Below are positions 27,499 through 35,955 of a DNA stretch of 64,000 nucleotides, in pieces. Made by a program: the position numbers and the translations under genes. Below the pieces are notes generated by a model. It was not told the origin of the DNA and did not search any database. It saw only the letters and a program-made list of their open reading frames with translations. This stretch comes from Cenarchaeum sp. (GTDB lineage Archaea; Thermoproteota; Nitrososphaeria; Nitrososphaerales; Nitrosopumilaceae). Numbering within the stretch: position 1 is the first letter of the stretch; each line of letters opens with the position of its first letter. Location of the stretch: the NCBI GenBank assembly GCA_965242695.1, contig CBDESU010000001.1, positions 1,344,001 to 1,408,000 on the forward strand. Direction: 5' to 3'.

Positions 27499-27972
27499 AT
27501 GGACGCGAAAGGCACGCCCATGGACCCGCCCGCGGAAGGGCGGCAGGGTCACATCTTCCTCGGACCCGGCCCGTTTCCGAGCGCGGCGCGGGGCCGCCTC
27601 GCCTTTGACCCGGCCGGGAACCCCTGCGCCACGGGCGGCACCCATGCGATGCGGATCGCAGACGGCAAGGTCGACCGCGTCATTGCCACGGGGCCGGAGG
27701 GAGCCGCGCTGTCCGGGTCTCGGCCCGCAGGCCGCACGGTGATGCGAGCCTGCAACCAGGACGGCGGCGCAGGGATTGCGGTGCGGGCCCGCAGGCCGGT
27801 TCGCACCCGCACGGTGGGCGGGCAGGAGCAGATAGTGTACAGGACGTCCGAGATGGACGGGGGCAGGCTCTGCGCCGCAGAGCTGGACGGCGAGCACTAC
27901 GCCCTGCGAAAGTCCGGCCCGAACGTAGAGGTGTTCAAGTTCATGCCAGACGGCGATGTTGGCGGCGACTAG
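27499..27972 (+). CDS. Hypothetical protein
   Basis: CTCATAT box ~25 nt upstream; beta-rich C-terminus (ELDGEHYALRKSGPNVEVFKF). Confidence 0.6.
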   Translation: MDAKGTPMDPPAEGRQGHIFLGPGPFPSAARGRLAFDPAGNPCATGGTHAMRIADGKVDRVIATGPEGAALSGSRPAGRTVMRACNQDGGAGIAVRARRPVRTRTVGGQEQIVYRTSEMDGGRLCAAELDGEHYALRKSGPNVEVFKFMPDGDVGGD

Positions 27973-28226
27973 GGCGCGGGCGCGGCGGGCCCCGCAGGGG
28001 GCGCGCGTGAAAAGATCGAGGGCGTGATCGCCCTTGGGACAGGCGCGGCTGCTGCGACGATGTCCTGGAGCCGCTGCGCCGTAGCGCACTGGCGCGCCCG
28101 ACCATCCCCCGGCCGCACCTTGCTCCCGCGGGAATCGCATCGGGCCACCAAGCCGGCGGGAATCCGTCCCGCCCGCTCGGCCCTCCCGCCCAGCCGGGAC
28201 GCCGCCCTTGAAGCCGTGTCAGCATG

Positions 28227-28235
28227 AAAAAAAAA
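28227..28235 (-). terminator. Oligo-T archaeal terminator
   Basis: Run of 9 A on + (T on -) ~12 nt past the small ORF stop. Confidence 0.55.
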
Positions 28236-28246
28236 GGGGCATTGCA

Positions 28247-28369
28247 CTACTCGCCCTCGTGCAGCGCCTTTATGGCCGACTCCACGTTGGGGTACGTGGC
28301 GGCGATCTCGATCCGCTCGCCGTCGATGTAGACGACGTCCTCGACATCCTCGCTAGCGGTGTTTCCCAT
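28247..28369 (-). CDS. 40-aa small acidic protein MGNTASEDVEDVVYIDGERIEIAATYPNVESAIKALHEGE
   Basis: ATG start, GC3-biased codons, CTAATAT box ~25 nt upstream and a T9 terminator just downstream. Below the ORF-track cutoff. Confidence 0.65.
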   Translation of the reverse strand: MGNTASEDVEDVVYIDGERIEIAATYPNVESAIKALHEGE

Positions 28370-28605
28370 GCGAGTGGTGGATCCGCCCCTCGCATATTAG
28401 TCCTGCCGTCGCCCGCCGGCGGGGCTGTCCCCGCGGCCTGCGGCGCGCGGCGGCGCGGCGTTCCCCGTTCGGGGCCGGCCGCGGCCGTGCGCCCGCGCTT
28501 TGGGCAGGGCGCCGCCCCGCCCCGGCCGACGCGGGAGTAGGGCTGGGCCCCGACTCCCGCCCCGCGCGGGCAACGCTCATATCCCACCGCAGCCGCGCAC
28601 GGCCC

Positions 28606-29037
28606 GTGGAAGCGGGCGGGCACGAGGCCGATCCAGCGCGGCAGGGGGCGTTCTGCACCAACGCCTATGCCGACTGCACGTTCATCGGGGCGGCGGCCTA
28701 TCCGGCGAGCACGGACGACGGACCCGCAGTCAGGCTGCCCCCCGCGGGCGAGCGCAACGGCGGCGAGGCCACGACGGCGCACGTTGCACCATTCGTCCGG
28801 CCCATTCCCACGAGGGTCATCACCATCAGGGACAAGAACCTAAAAACCTCGTACATCGACAACCTGATGCGCAGCAAGGGCCTGGACGAGCGGGCGATCG
28901 CAAAGGTCAGGTCGTCGGTCCGGCTGTACATCGACTCGTTCGTAAAGGAGAAGGGCGTGGAACTTGACGAGGGGGCCTACGCCGTGCTGACCAACCTGAT
29001 AATATACCTCGTGGAGGAATCCTCAAAGGACGAGTGA
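28606..29037 (+). CDS. Hypothetical protein
   Basis: GCTCATAT box ~25 nt above GTG; helical C-terminus (SYIDNLMRSKGLDERAIAKVRSSVRLYIDSF). Confidence 0.65.
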   Translation: MEAGGHEADPARQGAFCTNAYADCTFIGAAAYPASTDDGPAVRLPPAGERNGGEATTAHVAPFVRPIPTRVITIRDKNLKTSYIDNLMRSKGLDERAIAKVRSSVRLYIDSFVKEKGVELDEGAYAVLTNLIIYLVEESSKDE

Positions 29038-29049
29038 TGCTGCCGCGGG

Positions 29050-29310
29050 GCCGCCCGGCGCCGGCCCTGCAGGGATCGAAAGGGTGTACGCGGGCAGGGT
29101 GTGCGGGGGCGCGGCAGGGAAAGGGCGGAAGGGGCGGGGGCGCGGCAGAGGGATGCGGGGGCGATCCCGCGATCCCGCCAAAGGCAGACCCGCGCGAGAC
29201 GTGCAAGAGTGCTCGGACGGAATATCCGCGGCTGCAATGCCGGAGATGGCGGGGAGGGGTGGCATCGGAGGCGGGCGCGGGCCGGTTCGGGTCGGCGAGG
29301 GCGGCGGGCG
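29050..29310 (+). pseudogene. Degraded fourth copy (C-terminal half) of the 8445/9264 paralog family
   Basis: Frameshifted GIERVYAGRVC..., DPAIPPKADPRETCK, ECSDGISAAAMPEM and RVGEGGG match the paralog C-termini. Confidence 0.7.
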
Positions 29311-29387
29311 GCCGAGGCGCGTCGGTCCAGATATCGCCCGATCGGCGCGCAGAACCGCTCATATGGGACACAAATGCCTCCCGCGCC

Positions 29388-30125
29388 GTGCAGGTTACAA
29401 GGCAGGAGCGGCAGACGGGTCATGCAGCGCGGGGGAGCGGCGGCAGGCTGGCTGGCGCGGCAGGCGCTGCCGACGGCGTCGCCGAGTTCAGGGAGATGTT
29501 CGTCTCGCTGGTCGATCCGGCCGGCCTGCTCTACATGGAGGCATGCCGCAGAATGGCCGGCAGGATGGAAGAGGCGGCGTCAAGATCTGGATACGCGGCC
29601 GGCGCCGGGATGGCGTCCATACTGTCCGACATGTTTGCCGCCACGGACGACATTGCGGGCAGGCCCGTCGAGGATGGATCGCTGGGCCACACCCACCTCG
29701 CGCGCAGGTCAATGATGGGCGTCCTGTACGAAACTGCAGAGGCGTACAGGGACGGCAGGGACGCCGAGCCGGTAGGCAAGCTGGAGGATGCAAGGGGCGC
29801 GATCGAGAGCCAGAGGGCCAGGGCCAACAGGCGCCGCGAGCAGCTGAGGGCAGCAGGCGGACCGCCCGGCGCCGGCCTTCCCGGGATCGAAAGGGTGTAC
29901 GTGGGCAGGGTGTGCAGGGACGTGGTAAGGAAGGAGCAGGAAGAGGTGCGCGCGAGGGAACGGGACAGGGGTCACGATCCCGTCTTCCCGCCGAAGCCAA
30001 AGACGCCGCGCGAGATGTGCGGAGAGTGCGCGGATGGAATATCCACGACCTCGATACTAGAGATGACGAGGGGCGACATCCCCGACGGGTACGAGCTGGT
30101 GCGGGTCGGCGAGGGCGGCGGGTAG
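29388..30125 (+). CDS. Uncharacterised paralog family member C
   Basis: EFREMFVSLVDPAGLL...CGECADGIS...IPDGYELVRV; same upstream box as copy B. Confidence 0.8.
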   Translation: MQVTRQERQTGHAARGSGGRLAGAAGAADGVAEFREMFVSLVDPAGLLYMEACRRMAGRMEEAASRSGYAAGAGMASILSDMFAATDDIAGRPVEDGSLGHTHLARRSMMGVLYETAEAYRDGRDAEPVGKLEDARGAIESQRARANRRREQLRAAGGPPGAGLPGIERVYVGRVCRDVVRKEQEEVRARERDRGHDPVFPPKPKTPREMCGECADGISTTSILEMTRGDIPDGYELVRVGEGGG

Positions 30126-30184
30126 CATGGCCAGGGCCGTCAACGCCGCGGCCGGAAAATGCGGGGCAGATCGTCGGGCTGGAA

Positions 30185-30410
30185 ATGGAGACGGACAGCG
30201 GCGTCGAGGTTGCGTACATGCACCTGGACAGCGGCATGCCCGCGGCGCTGGCCGACCCGGACGACATACACCACGACGGCGCGGTTGGGGGGCGCTCCAC
30301 GCGATCGTGAAGGGCGGGATCATGGCGATCACCTCGCGGCTGGCAGCCATGGAGGCGTCGCCGCCGCCCGCAAGAAGGCCGCAAGGTCGCACAAGTCAGA
30401 AGTTAAAAAT
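30185..30410 (+). pseudogene. PIN-domain pseudogene (paralog of 10058-10657)
   Basis: VAYMHLDSGMPAALADPDDIHH, then frameshifted ITSRLAAMEA and RKKAARSH; truncated. Confidence 0.75.
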
Positions 30411-30483
30411 GTACTCTGCCGGGCGCCCAATACGGCCGGCAGATGGCGATCGCGGCATCGGCGCGGCCGTGCCGACAAAAGCG

Positions 30484-31833
30484 TTACCCGGTGCTTCCAG
30501 AGAACCCAAAGATGTCGTCAAACGTCATCAAGGCGATTTCCACGTTGTCGTCCGCCCCTATTCTGGCGACCTCGTTGAAGGCCCCCGCGGTGAAACTTCG
30601 AGCCACGATGATTCCCTTGCTCTTCTTGCTCCTTCTCACGGCCGCCAGGAACTTGTCTATCTCTTGGCGCCCCACACTCGCCCGCCATCGCTTCACCTGG
30701 ATCGGCACGGTCATCAGGTCTTTCCACCCGTCTATCCCCATGTCTCCCGTCTTTCTGGGATTGACCGTCCCGCCCAGCTTTTCGACTATAACCAGCCTGG
30801 CAAACTCGTGTGGATCCATCGCCTCGAGCTCCTCTCTGCTTTCGCATCCAACGACCCTTGCCGCGCCGAGGCGACCCGCCATAACATCGCATGCCGCCCT
30901 AGATATGTCAATCCCGATCCACTTGCGTCCGAGCCGCTGCGATGACCTGAGGGTTGTGCCGCAGCCGCAGAACGGATCCAGCACGACGTCGCCCTGACGA
31001 GTGGTCGACTTTATGATCTTGTCCAGTATGGCCTCCGGCTTTTGGGTCGGGTGGCCTGTCTTTTCGTCGCTTGGCGGGTTGTACTTCATTATGTCTGTCC
31101 ACACATCCGGAGGAGACTTGCCAAGTGGATTAATGGCGCTCTTGCGCTTCCTGTTGAGCTTTTCCCCGTCCCTGCCCATCCCGCGCGAGTAGACAAGCCT
31201 CCCATCGTCGTCGCGTACAGCCTGCTCGAGGAGCTTTTCGCTGTACGGCTGCCTTACCTGATCCTTGTCAAAATAGTACTTCTCCGACTTGGTGTACCAA
31301 AGGATCGTCTCATGGCTCTTTTCGTACTTTTTGGCGTTCCCTCCAATCGTGTTGAAGTGCCATATGATCTCGTTCTTGAAGTTGTCATACCCGAACACCT
31401 CGTCAAGCATGGCCTTGAGGTAGTGCGACGCATGCCAGTCGCAGTGCAGGTACAACGAGCCTGTGTCCCGCAGGACGCGCCAGCACTGGTTGAGTCTTTC
31501 CCTCATGTATGCAATATAGACATGTATGCCGTTCTTGCCTCCCCTCCACCGCTCCTCAATTGCCCTGTACTCGGCGATCACGTTCGGGTCTATGCTGTCC
31601 TGCATCTTTTCCCAGTCACTATCGGTAAAGCGAATTCGCGTCGTCTTGTCTTTGATCCATATGTCTTCATAATCCTTCTTGGAGAAGAACGGCGGATCCA
31701 TGTAGATTACGTCCACCGACCCATCTGGGAACCTGCGAGCATCGCGTAGCATGTCTAGGCAGTCGCCACAGTAGATGACACCGGTGTCGATAGGGGGGGG
31801 GCGGAGGGCCAGCGGGTTGGTCCGTACCGGCAT
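30484..31833 (-). CDS. N6/N4 DNA methyltransferase (beta class) fused to a C-terminal Mrr-like PD-(D/E)xK/QxK nuclease domain
   Basis: IYMDPPF, HPTQKPE and VLDPFCGCGTT; C-terminal GDMGIDG...IQVKRW...IIVARSFT. Start is 31833 or 31911. Confidence 0.9.
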   Translation of the reverse strand: MPVRTNPLALRPPPIDTGVIYCGDCLDMLRDARRFPDGSVDVIYMDPPFFSKKDYEDIWIKDKTTRIRFTDSDWEKMQDSIDPNVIAEYRAIEERWRGGKNGIHVYIAYMRERLNQCWRVLRDTGSLYLHCDWHASHYLKAMLDEVFGYDNFKNEIIWHFNTIGGNAKKYEKSHETILWYTKSEKYYFDKDQVRQPYSEKLLEQAVRDDDGRLVYSRGMGRDGEKLNRKRKSAINPLGKSPPDVWTDIMKYNPPSDEKTGHPTQKPEAILDKIIKSTTRQGDVVLDPFCGCGTTLRSSQRLGRKWIGIDISRAACDVMAGRLGAARVVGCESREELEAMDPHEFARLVIVEKLGGTVNPRKTGDMGIDGWKDLMTVPIQVKRWRASVGRQEIDKFLAAVRRSKKSKGIIVARSFTAGAFNEVARIGADDNVEIALMTFDDIFGFSGSTG

Positions 31834-32234
31834 CCTTGGCACCCGCAGGGTCTGCCTTTGCACGCCGCCTCGCCATCGCCCGACATGCGATTGCGACCCT
31901 TTTTGAACCATGCCGGCCCTAGCAAGTCACGAGACGGGGCTGTCCCATTCGCCCTCTGGTAACCGCCGCCCACCACGCGATCCTGCGGGGCATGCCTTGC
32001 CTGCGGGCAGATGCCCCGCACTGGGCCGATCGCGCCTTGCGCCCCGTCTCAGGCGTCAGCGTAGGCCAAGCCCACGCGGCATGCGGTACACATTCAGGTC
32101 TCTGGCACACGACGCGCGCGTCGGGGGCAGCTAGGGCGCGGTTGACGCTAGAGACCTGAATGTGCACGGCATGCGCCCTTTTGCGTCCGGCATGGTTAAT
32201 AGCGCCTAGCGCCGCGTCCCTGTGGCGATACTGC

Positions 32235-33365
32235 GTGGTCACGGGCGACGGCGGACGATACTGGCTGTACGAGCACGAGCACGAGCGCCTTGACGACTTT
32301 ATGAAGCACCTTGACGGGGTGCTAGCCGGCGACTCCAAGCGCACCGCCAGCGTCGCAGTCCTGGTGTCAAAGGAGGGGGTCAAGGAGGGCATTGAACATG
32401 CCAGCTCCCCCCGGTTCGACGTCGGCGTGCGCGCCGGGAGGCCCGGCAGCGGCATGTTCACCGTCCGCCTTGCGCGAAAGGACGAGGAGGCGGGGCGTAT
32501 CCTCGTCGCCAAGGCGCCGGGGTCGTTCGTGCACCTCGCCATTACGGACGAGCCGCGCCAGTTTGTGGAAGGCACCCTCGCCCCGTTCATCAGGTCGCTC
32601 TACCCGCGCGTCTCCAGGGCGTTTCTGAGCGCAGCCGACCTGTACAGCATCCTAGAGCGCCTCGAGCGGTCGGCCGGCGGCCAGATATCGGTGGCCCGCC
32701 TGACTGCGTACGGGAGGCTCAGGGCGGCGGGGAGAGGTGATCACGGCAGTGCAGGGACATCCAGGCGCGCGCGCCCAAGGAGGCGCAGGACGACCGAGGC
32801 GGCCGTGACATACACCGACAAGCCGTTCAGGGAGGCGTTCAGCGCGGCAGCGGCAAACGATCAGTGGATAAGCAGGATAAACTTTGACCTGCAGTGGAGC
32901 TCAACCCGCGCCCCCATGAGCGGCCACCTTGCCAGGGACGGCCTCTTCAAGTTCAGGCACGGCATATCCCCCTTTTACGGCAAGGTGCTCCCGCTGGCGG
33001 CCCGCCTTGTGGACAAGAAGACAAAGCTGTACTCGAACCGATCCAGGGAGGACAACAGAGGCGGCATCAGGCCTCTCGCCATAACGCTCGACAACACCAT
33101 GGCAAGGGATCACAGCGAAAACTCGGCGTTCATCAAGAGCATGGAAAGCATGCCCCACATAACCCTGAGCGTCTACCACTCCAACCCGTACGTGCACGTC
33201 TCGCTCGTCGACTACATGGACGGCTCGTCCTTTGACATCTGGATCCTGTCGACCCGCCAGATCCTCATCGTGCCGCAGATGCGGGCCACCCATACGTCGA
33301 TAGCGCGCCTGGCAAACCACATATTCGAGCGGTTCGGGGAGGGGAGCGTGGCCGATCATGAGTGA
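32235..33365 (+). CDS. Hypothetical alpha/beta protein (~376 aa), divergent from the MTase
   Basis: Long ORF with protein-like composition (HSNPYVHVSLVDYMDGSSFDIW...HIFERFGEG); TTAATA box at ~32196. Start uncertain. Confidence 0.8.
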   Translation: MVTGDGGRYWLYEHEHERLDDFMKHLDGVLAGDSKRTASVAVLVSKEGVKEGIEHASSPRFDVGVRAGRPGSGMFTVRLARKDEEAGRILVAKAPGSFVHLAITDEPRQFVEGTLAPFIRSLYPRVSRAFLSAADLYSILERLERSAGGQISVARLTAYGRLRAAGRGDHGSAGTSRRARPRRRRTTEAAVTYTDKPFREAFSAAAANDQWISRINFDLQWSSTRAPMSGHLARDGLFKFRHGISPFYGKVLPLAARLVDKKTKLYSNRSREDNRGGIRPLAITLDNTMARDHSENSAFIKSMESMPHITLSVYHSNPYVHVSLVDYMDGSSFDIWILSTRQILIVPQMRATHTSIARLANHIFERFGEGSVADHE

Positions 33366-33542
33366 GGACTGCGACTCCGCGAGGGTCGATCGCATGCTCC
33401 GCGAATGCGACCCATGCAAGCAGGCGACGGGCGCGCTAGCCGTACTTGCCCACGCTCTCGAAGGGCGGCACGCCGCGACGGCCTGCATTGGCAGGAGGGT
33501 CCGCCCGCATGCGGGCGGCGGAGGCGCGGGCAACCGTGCGCG

Positions 33543-34190
33543 CTAGCCAGATACTCGCTCTTCTGCCCGCATGCGCGCGGCCCTGTTCGGCCGCCGATCC
33601 GTCGACACGGCCCGCGCTGCAGCCCGCGCCCCCGCCGCAGGGGCCGCGGCGTACATCCCGGCAGCCAGCAGCGCAGCGGCAGCGCCGTGCGCTGCAACGA
33701 ACCCCCCCCCCCCAGAGTCGGGGTAGGCCATCGCGGCCACCTGCGCGCGTGCAGCGGCGGCGCGAGCACGGCCGCGGCCGCATCCCGCGCGGCCGGATGC
33801 TAGCGCTCCAGGTCCGCCGCATGCGGCGAGAACGCACAGTGCGCGGCCGAGAATGTAGACATGGGCGCCTGGCCGTGCCCCGTCGCCATGAGCGTCGCAT
33901 CCCTGTACTCGCGCAGTGCCTGCACCTGCGGGGCAAGCTCGGTCCCGTACGCGGCCGTCGCGGCTAGGCATCCGCCTCCGCCCTCGGGATCGGCCACACT
34001 GACCTGCCGAACCGAGACCAGTACCGGTTGCGACCAGGCATCCGCTTCCGCCCTCGGGATCGTCCGGCTCCGGCACGGCAACCTCATCGCGCTGCCCCGC
34101 CTCTGGGGCCATGTCTCTGTCCGGCACGCACCCGCCGCCGCTCGGCGCCATGCCGTCCCTGCACGCGATCTTGACGGCCGCCGTGGCCAA
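33543..34190 (-). pseudogene. Frameshifted duplicate of the CFI-box-CTERM tail of the 7,140-aa protein
   Basis: CRDGM..SGG.CVPD, PEPDDPEGGSGCLVAT and GGGCLAATAAYGTELAPQVQALREYRDATL, co-linear with 35956-36500 but with frameshifts and a doubled GGGCL motif. Confidence 0.85.
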
Positions 34191-34515
34191 TCCCCTAGAT
34201 CAGCCACATCTAACAACGTTCGGAGCGGCGTGGTCACGCAGACCACAGCACGAGTCACTGTGACAAGGTTCAGGTTCAAGATGTCTATGGCCAGCAACAA
34301 CTTTGACATATGTGATAGGGGGCACACCTGGTGCCCAACGGCCGTGCCCGTTGCGCATAATGGGGGGGATGACAGTCAAGCCCGCAAGACACATGGATGG
34401 GCATATTAGGCTCGCGCGGTGGATGATTCGCGGCATGGGCGTCTAACACTACAGGTCTAAATGCCTGCCGGCTTGGTCGCATATGGTTATTATGCACCTA
34501 TGGCGCGGCGCCCGT

Positions 34516-34731
34516 GTGGATCCGTTCAAGGACTGTGAAAGGTTCTATACCCCCCACTTCAGGGAGCGGTTGAACCAAAGGCATGTGCCATCAGGATTTG
34601 TCGAAGAGGTACTCCAGCATGGCACCCGAGCTAGGAAGGGTGATGACTATAAAATCACCTACCGTGGATACCACATAGTTCTCGTAAAGCAGACATGTAG
34701 GCTAGTCCTAGTCACCATATTTAGAGACTAG
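34516..34731 (+). CDS. DUF4258/RelE-like small toxin candidate (71 aa)
   Basis: YTPHFRERLNQRHVPSGFVEEVLQHG...RLVLVTIF; TTATTA box ~25 nt upstream. Confidence 0.7.
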   Translation: MDPFKDCERFYTPHFRERLNQRHVPSGFVEEVLQHGTRARKGDDYKITYRGYHIVLVKQTCRLVLVTIFRD

Positions 34732-34770
34732 TCCGAGGCGCCAAGAACCTACACGCAAACGCACCGCACC

Positions 34771-35289
34771 TCACGTCATGCCAGACTCGGGGACAATGTT
34801 GTCGGTGACTGCAATGCTGACGGAATGGTTGGCCGATATGCATGGATCCCCTATGGATGTTATAATATCTGGATAGTAGTAAACGTCTGTAAGTATAGCC
34901 CTTATTCGGAGCAGTTCTTTGGGCCTGTCTTGGACAACATACTCGCACCAAGGCTCGTCCGCATGTTCTTTTACACTGTATGGCAAAATGCTGACCTTTC
35001 TATGCGATGACAGCTCACCGGCAATTGTCGTGGGTGTTTTTTTCTTGCCACGATTCACAAACATGACAGTGGTATTAGTACTAACAATGTATTTGTTGTT
35101 ATCCTCAATCACAAAGCCCTGCGGCACTTTGCTTTTGTCCATGCGCAGAACATCAACCGGTATTGTTGCCAACCGCAGAACGCCCTTCACATCGGGGTGA
35201 TCGATGTGGTACCGGTTGTACTCAAAGGTCTTCGTGCGGTACAACAGCGCCTCGAGTTCCCAGAGGTTAACTGGTGCAGAAGAAGACAT
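34771..35289 (-). CDS. Hypothetical protein with two internally repeated beta-rich domains
   Basis: FEYNRYHI..GVLRLATIPVDV..YIVSTNTTV versus EPWCEYVV..LLRIRAILTDV..GDPCISANHSV; 3 nt downstream of the Zn-finger gene; low GC. Confidence 0.8.
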   Translation of the reverse strand: MSSSAPVNLWELEALLYRTKTFEYNRYHIDHPDVKGVLRLATIPVDVLRMDKSKVPQGFVIEDNNKYIVSTNTTVMFVNRGKKKTPTTIAGELSSHRKVSILPYSVKEHADEPWCEYVVQDRPKELLRIRAILTDVYYYPDIITSIGDPCISANHSVSIAVTDNIVPESGMT

Positions 35290-35292
35290 GGC

Positions 35293-35685
35293 CTAAGCAA
35301 ACCTCATCGGGGCAGTCTTCCTCTGCCGGGATGTTGTGACGACGGGTATTTGCAAGATGGCATCCCTTGTAGAGGGGGCGGCTTCAGACTCCAGCCGGAC
35401 ACGTGTGTTGGTTGTGGTACTGGGAATGCTCGTCACACGCGTCTCAACGACATCAACGAATCCCTCCGCATGAAACACCGTGCCAAACGCCTCGATCGCC
35501 GCTCCCGACTCGTCATACCCCTTCTCCGTCAAGAGGCCATACCCGCACATCCTGCAGACAATGCCGTCAAATGCGCCCAGCTTGTGGCCCTTGTGGTAGA
35601 ACGGCAACAGGCCCGGCTCGAGTGGGCACCTACATTCAGGACAGCCCGGTTTGCCTCCCTCCAGCTCTATGGGAACCTTGTCCAC
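35293..35685 (-). CDS. YgiT/MqsA-type Zn-finger protein with C-terminal extension (130 aa)
   Basis: CPEC...FDGIVCRMCG; TTATATTA box ~25 nt above GTG; paralog of 26834-27055. Confidence 0.75.
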   Translation of the reverse strand: MDKVPIELEGGKPGCPECRCPLEPGLLPFYHKGHKLGAFDGIVCRMCGYGLLTEKGYDESGAAIEAFGTVFHAEGFVDVVETRVTSIPSTTTNTRVRLESEAAPSTRDAILQIPVVTTSRQRKTAPMRFA

Positions 35686-35744
35686 GGGCGGCGTGCCAAA
35701 CCGTGTAATATAACACTTTGTCCTTCCCATTCAACCCGTCGGCG

Positions 35745-35842
35745 AGGCTCCTGCGCCCGCGAGGGCGCAGGCCGGGGGCGGACGGTGCGAAGGCTGCATA
35801 GACCAGCCGTAGGCAAGGCTCCTGCGCCCGCGAGGGCGCAGG
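35745..35842. repeat. Two identical 27-bp palindromic repeats (35745-35771, 35816-35842)
   Basis: aggctcctgcgcccgcgagggcgcagg: a 9-bp stem with a GCGA loop, separated by 44 bp. Confidence 0.85.
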
Positions 35843-35955
35843 GCTATCGCACTGGCGGACCAGGTTCTTACCGCCCAGAATGTGGCAGGGATGCGCCCAG
35901 CGGTGGCCCACAGTGCAACATTCGGCCGCATGCCCAGCGGCGGGCATACAAGGGA

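Noticed and set aside
34200-34497. Short Cys/His-rich ORFs in the low-GC segment
   Set aside because: Several overlapping frames and no recognisable motif, so none could be chosen.
35745-35842. Bona fide CRISPR array
   Set aside because: Only two repeats, no leader and no cas genes in the window; kept as an unexplained repeat.
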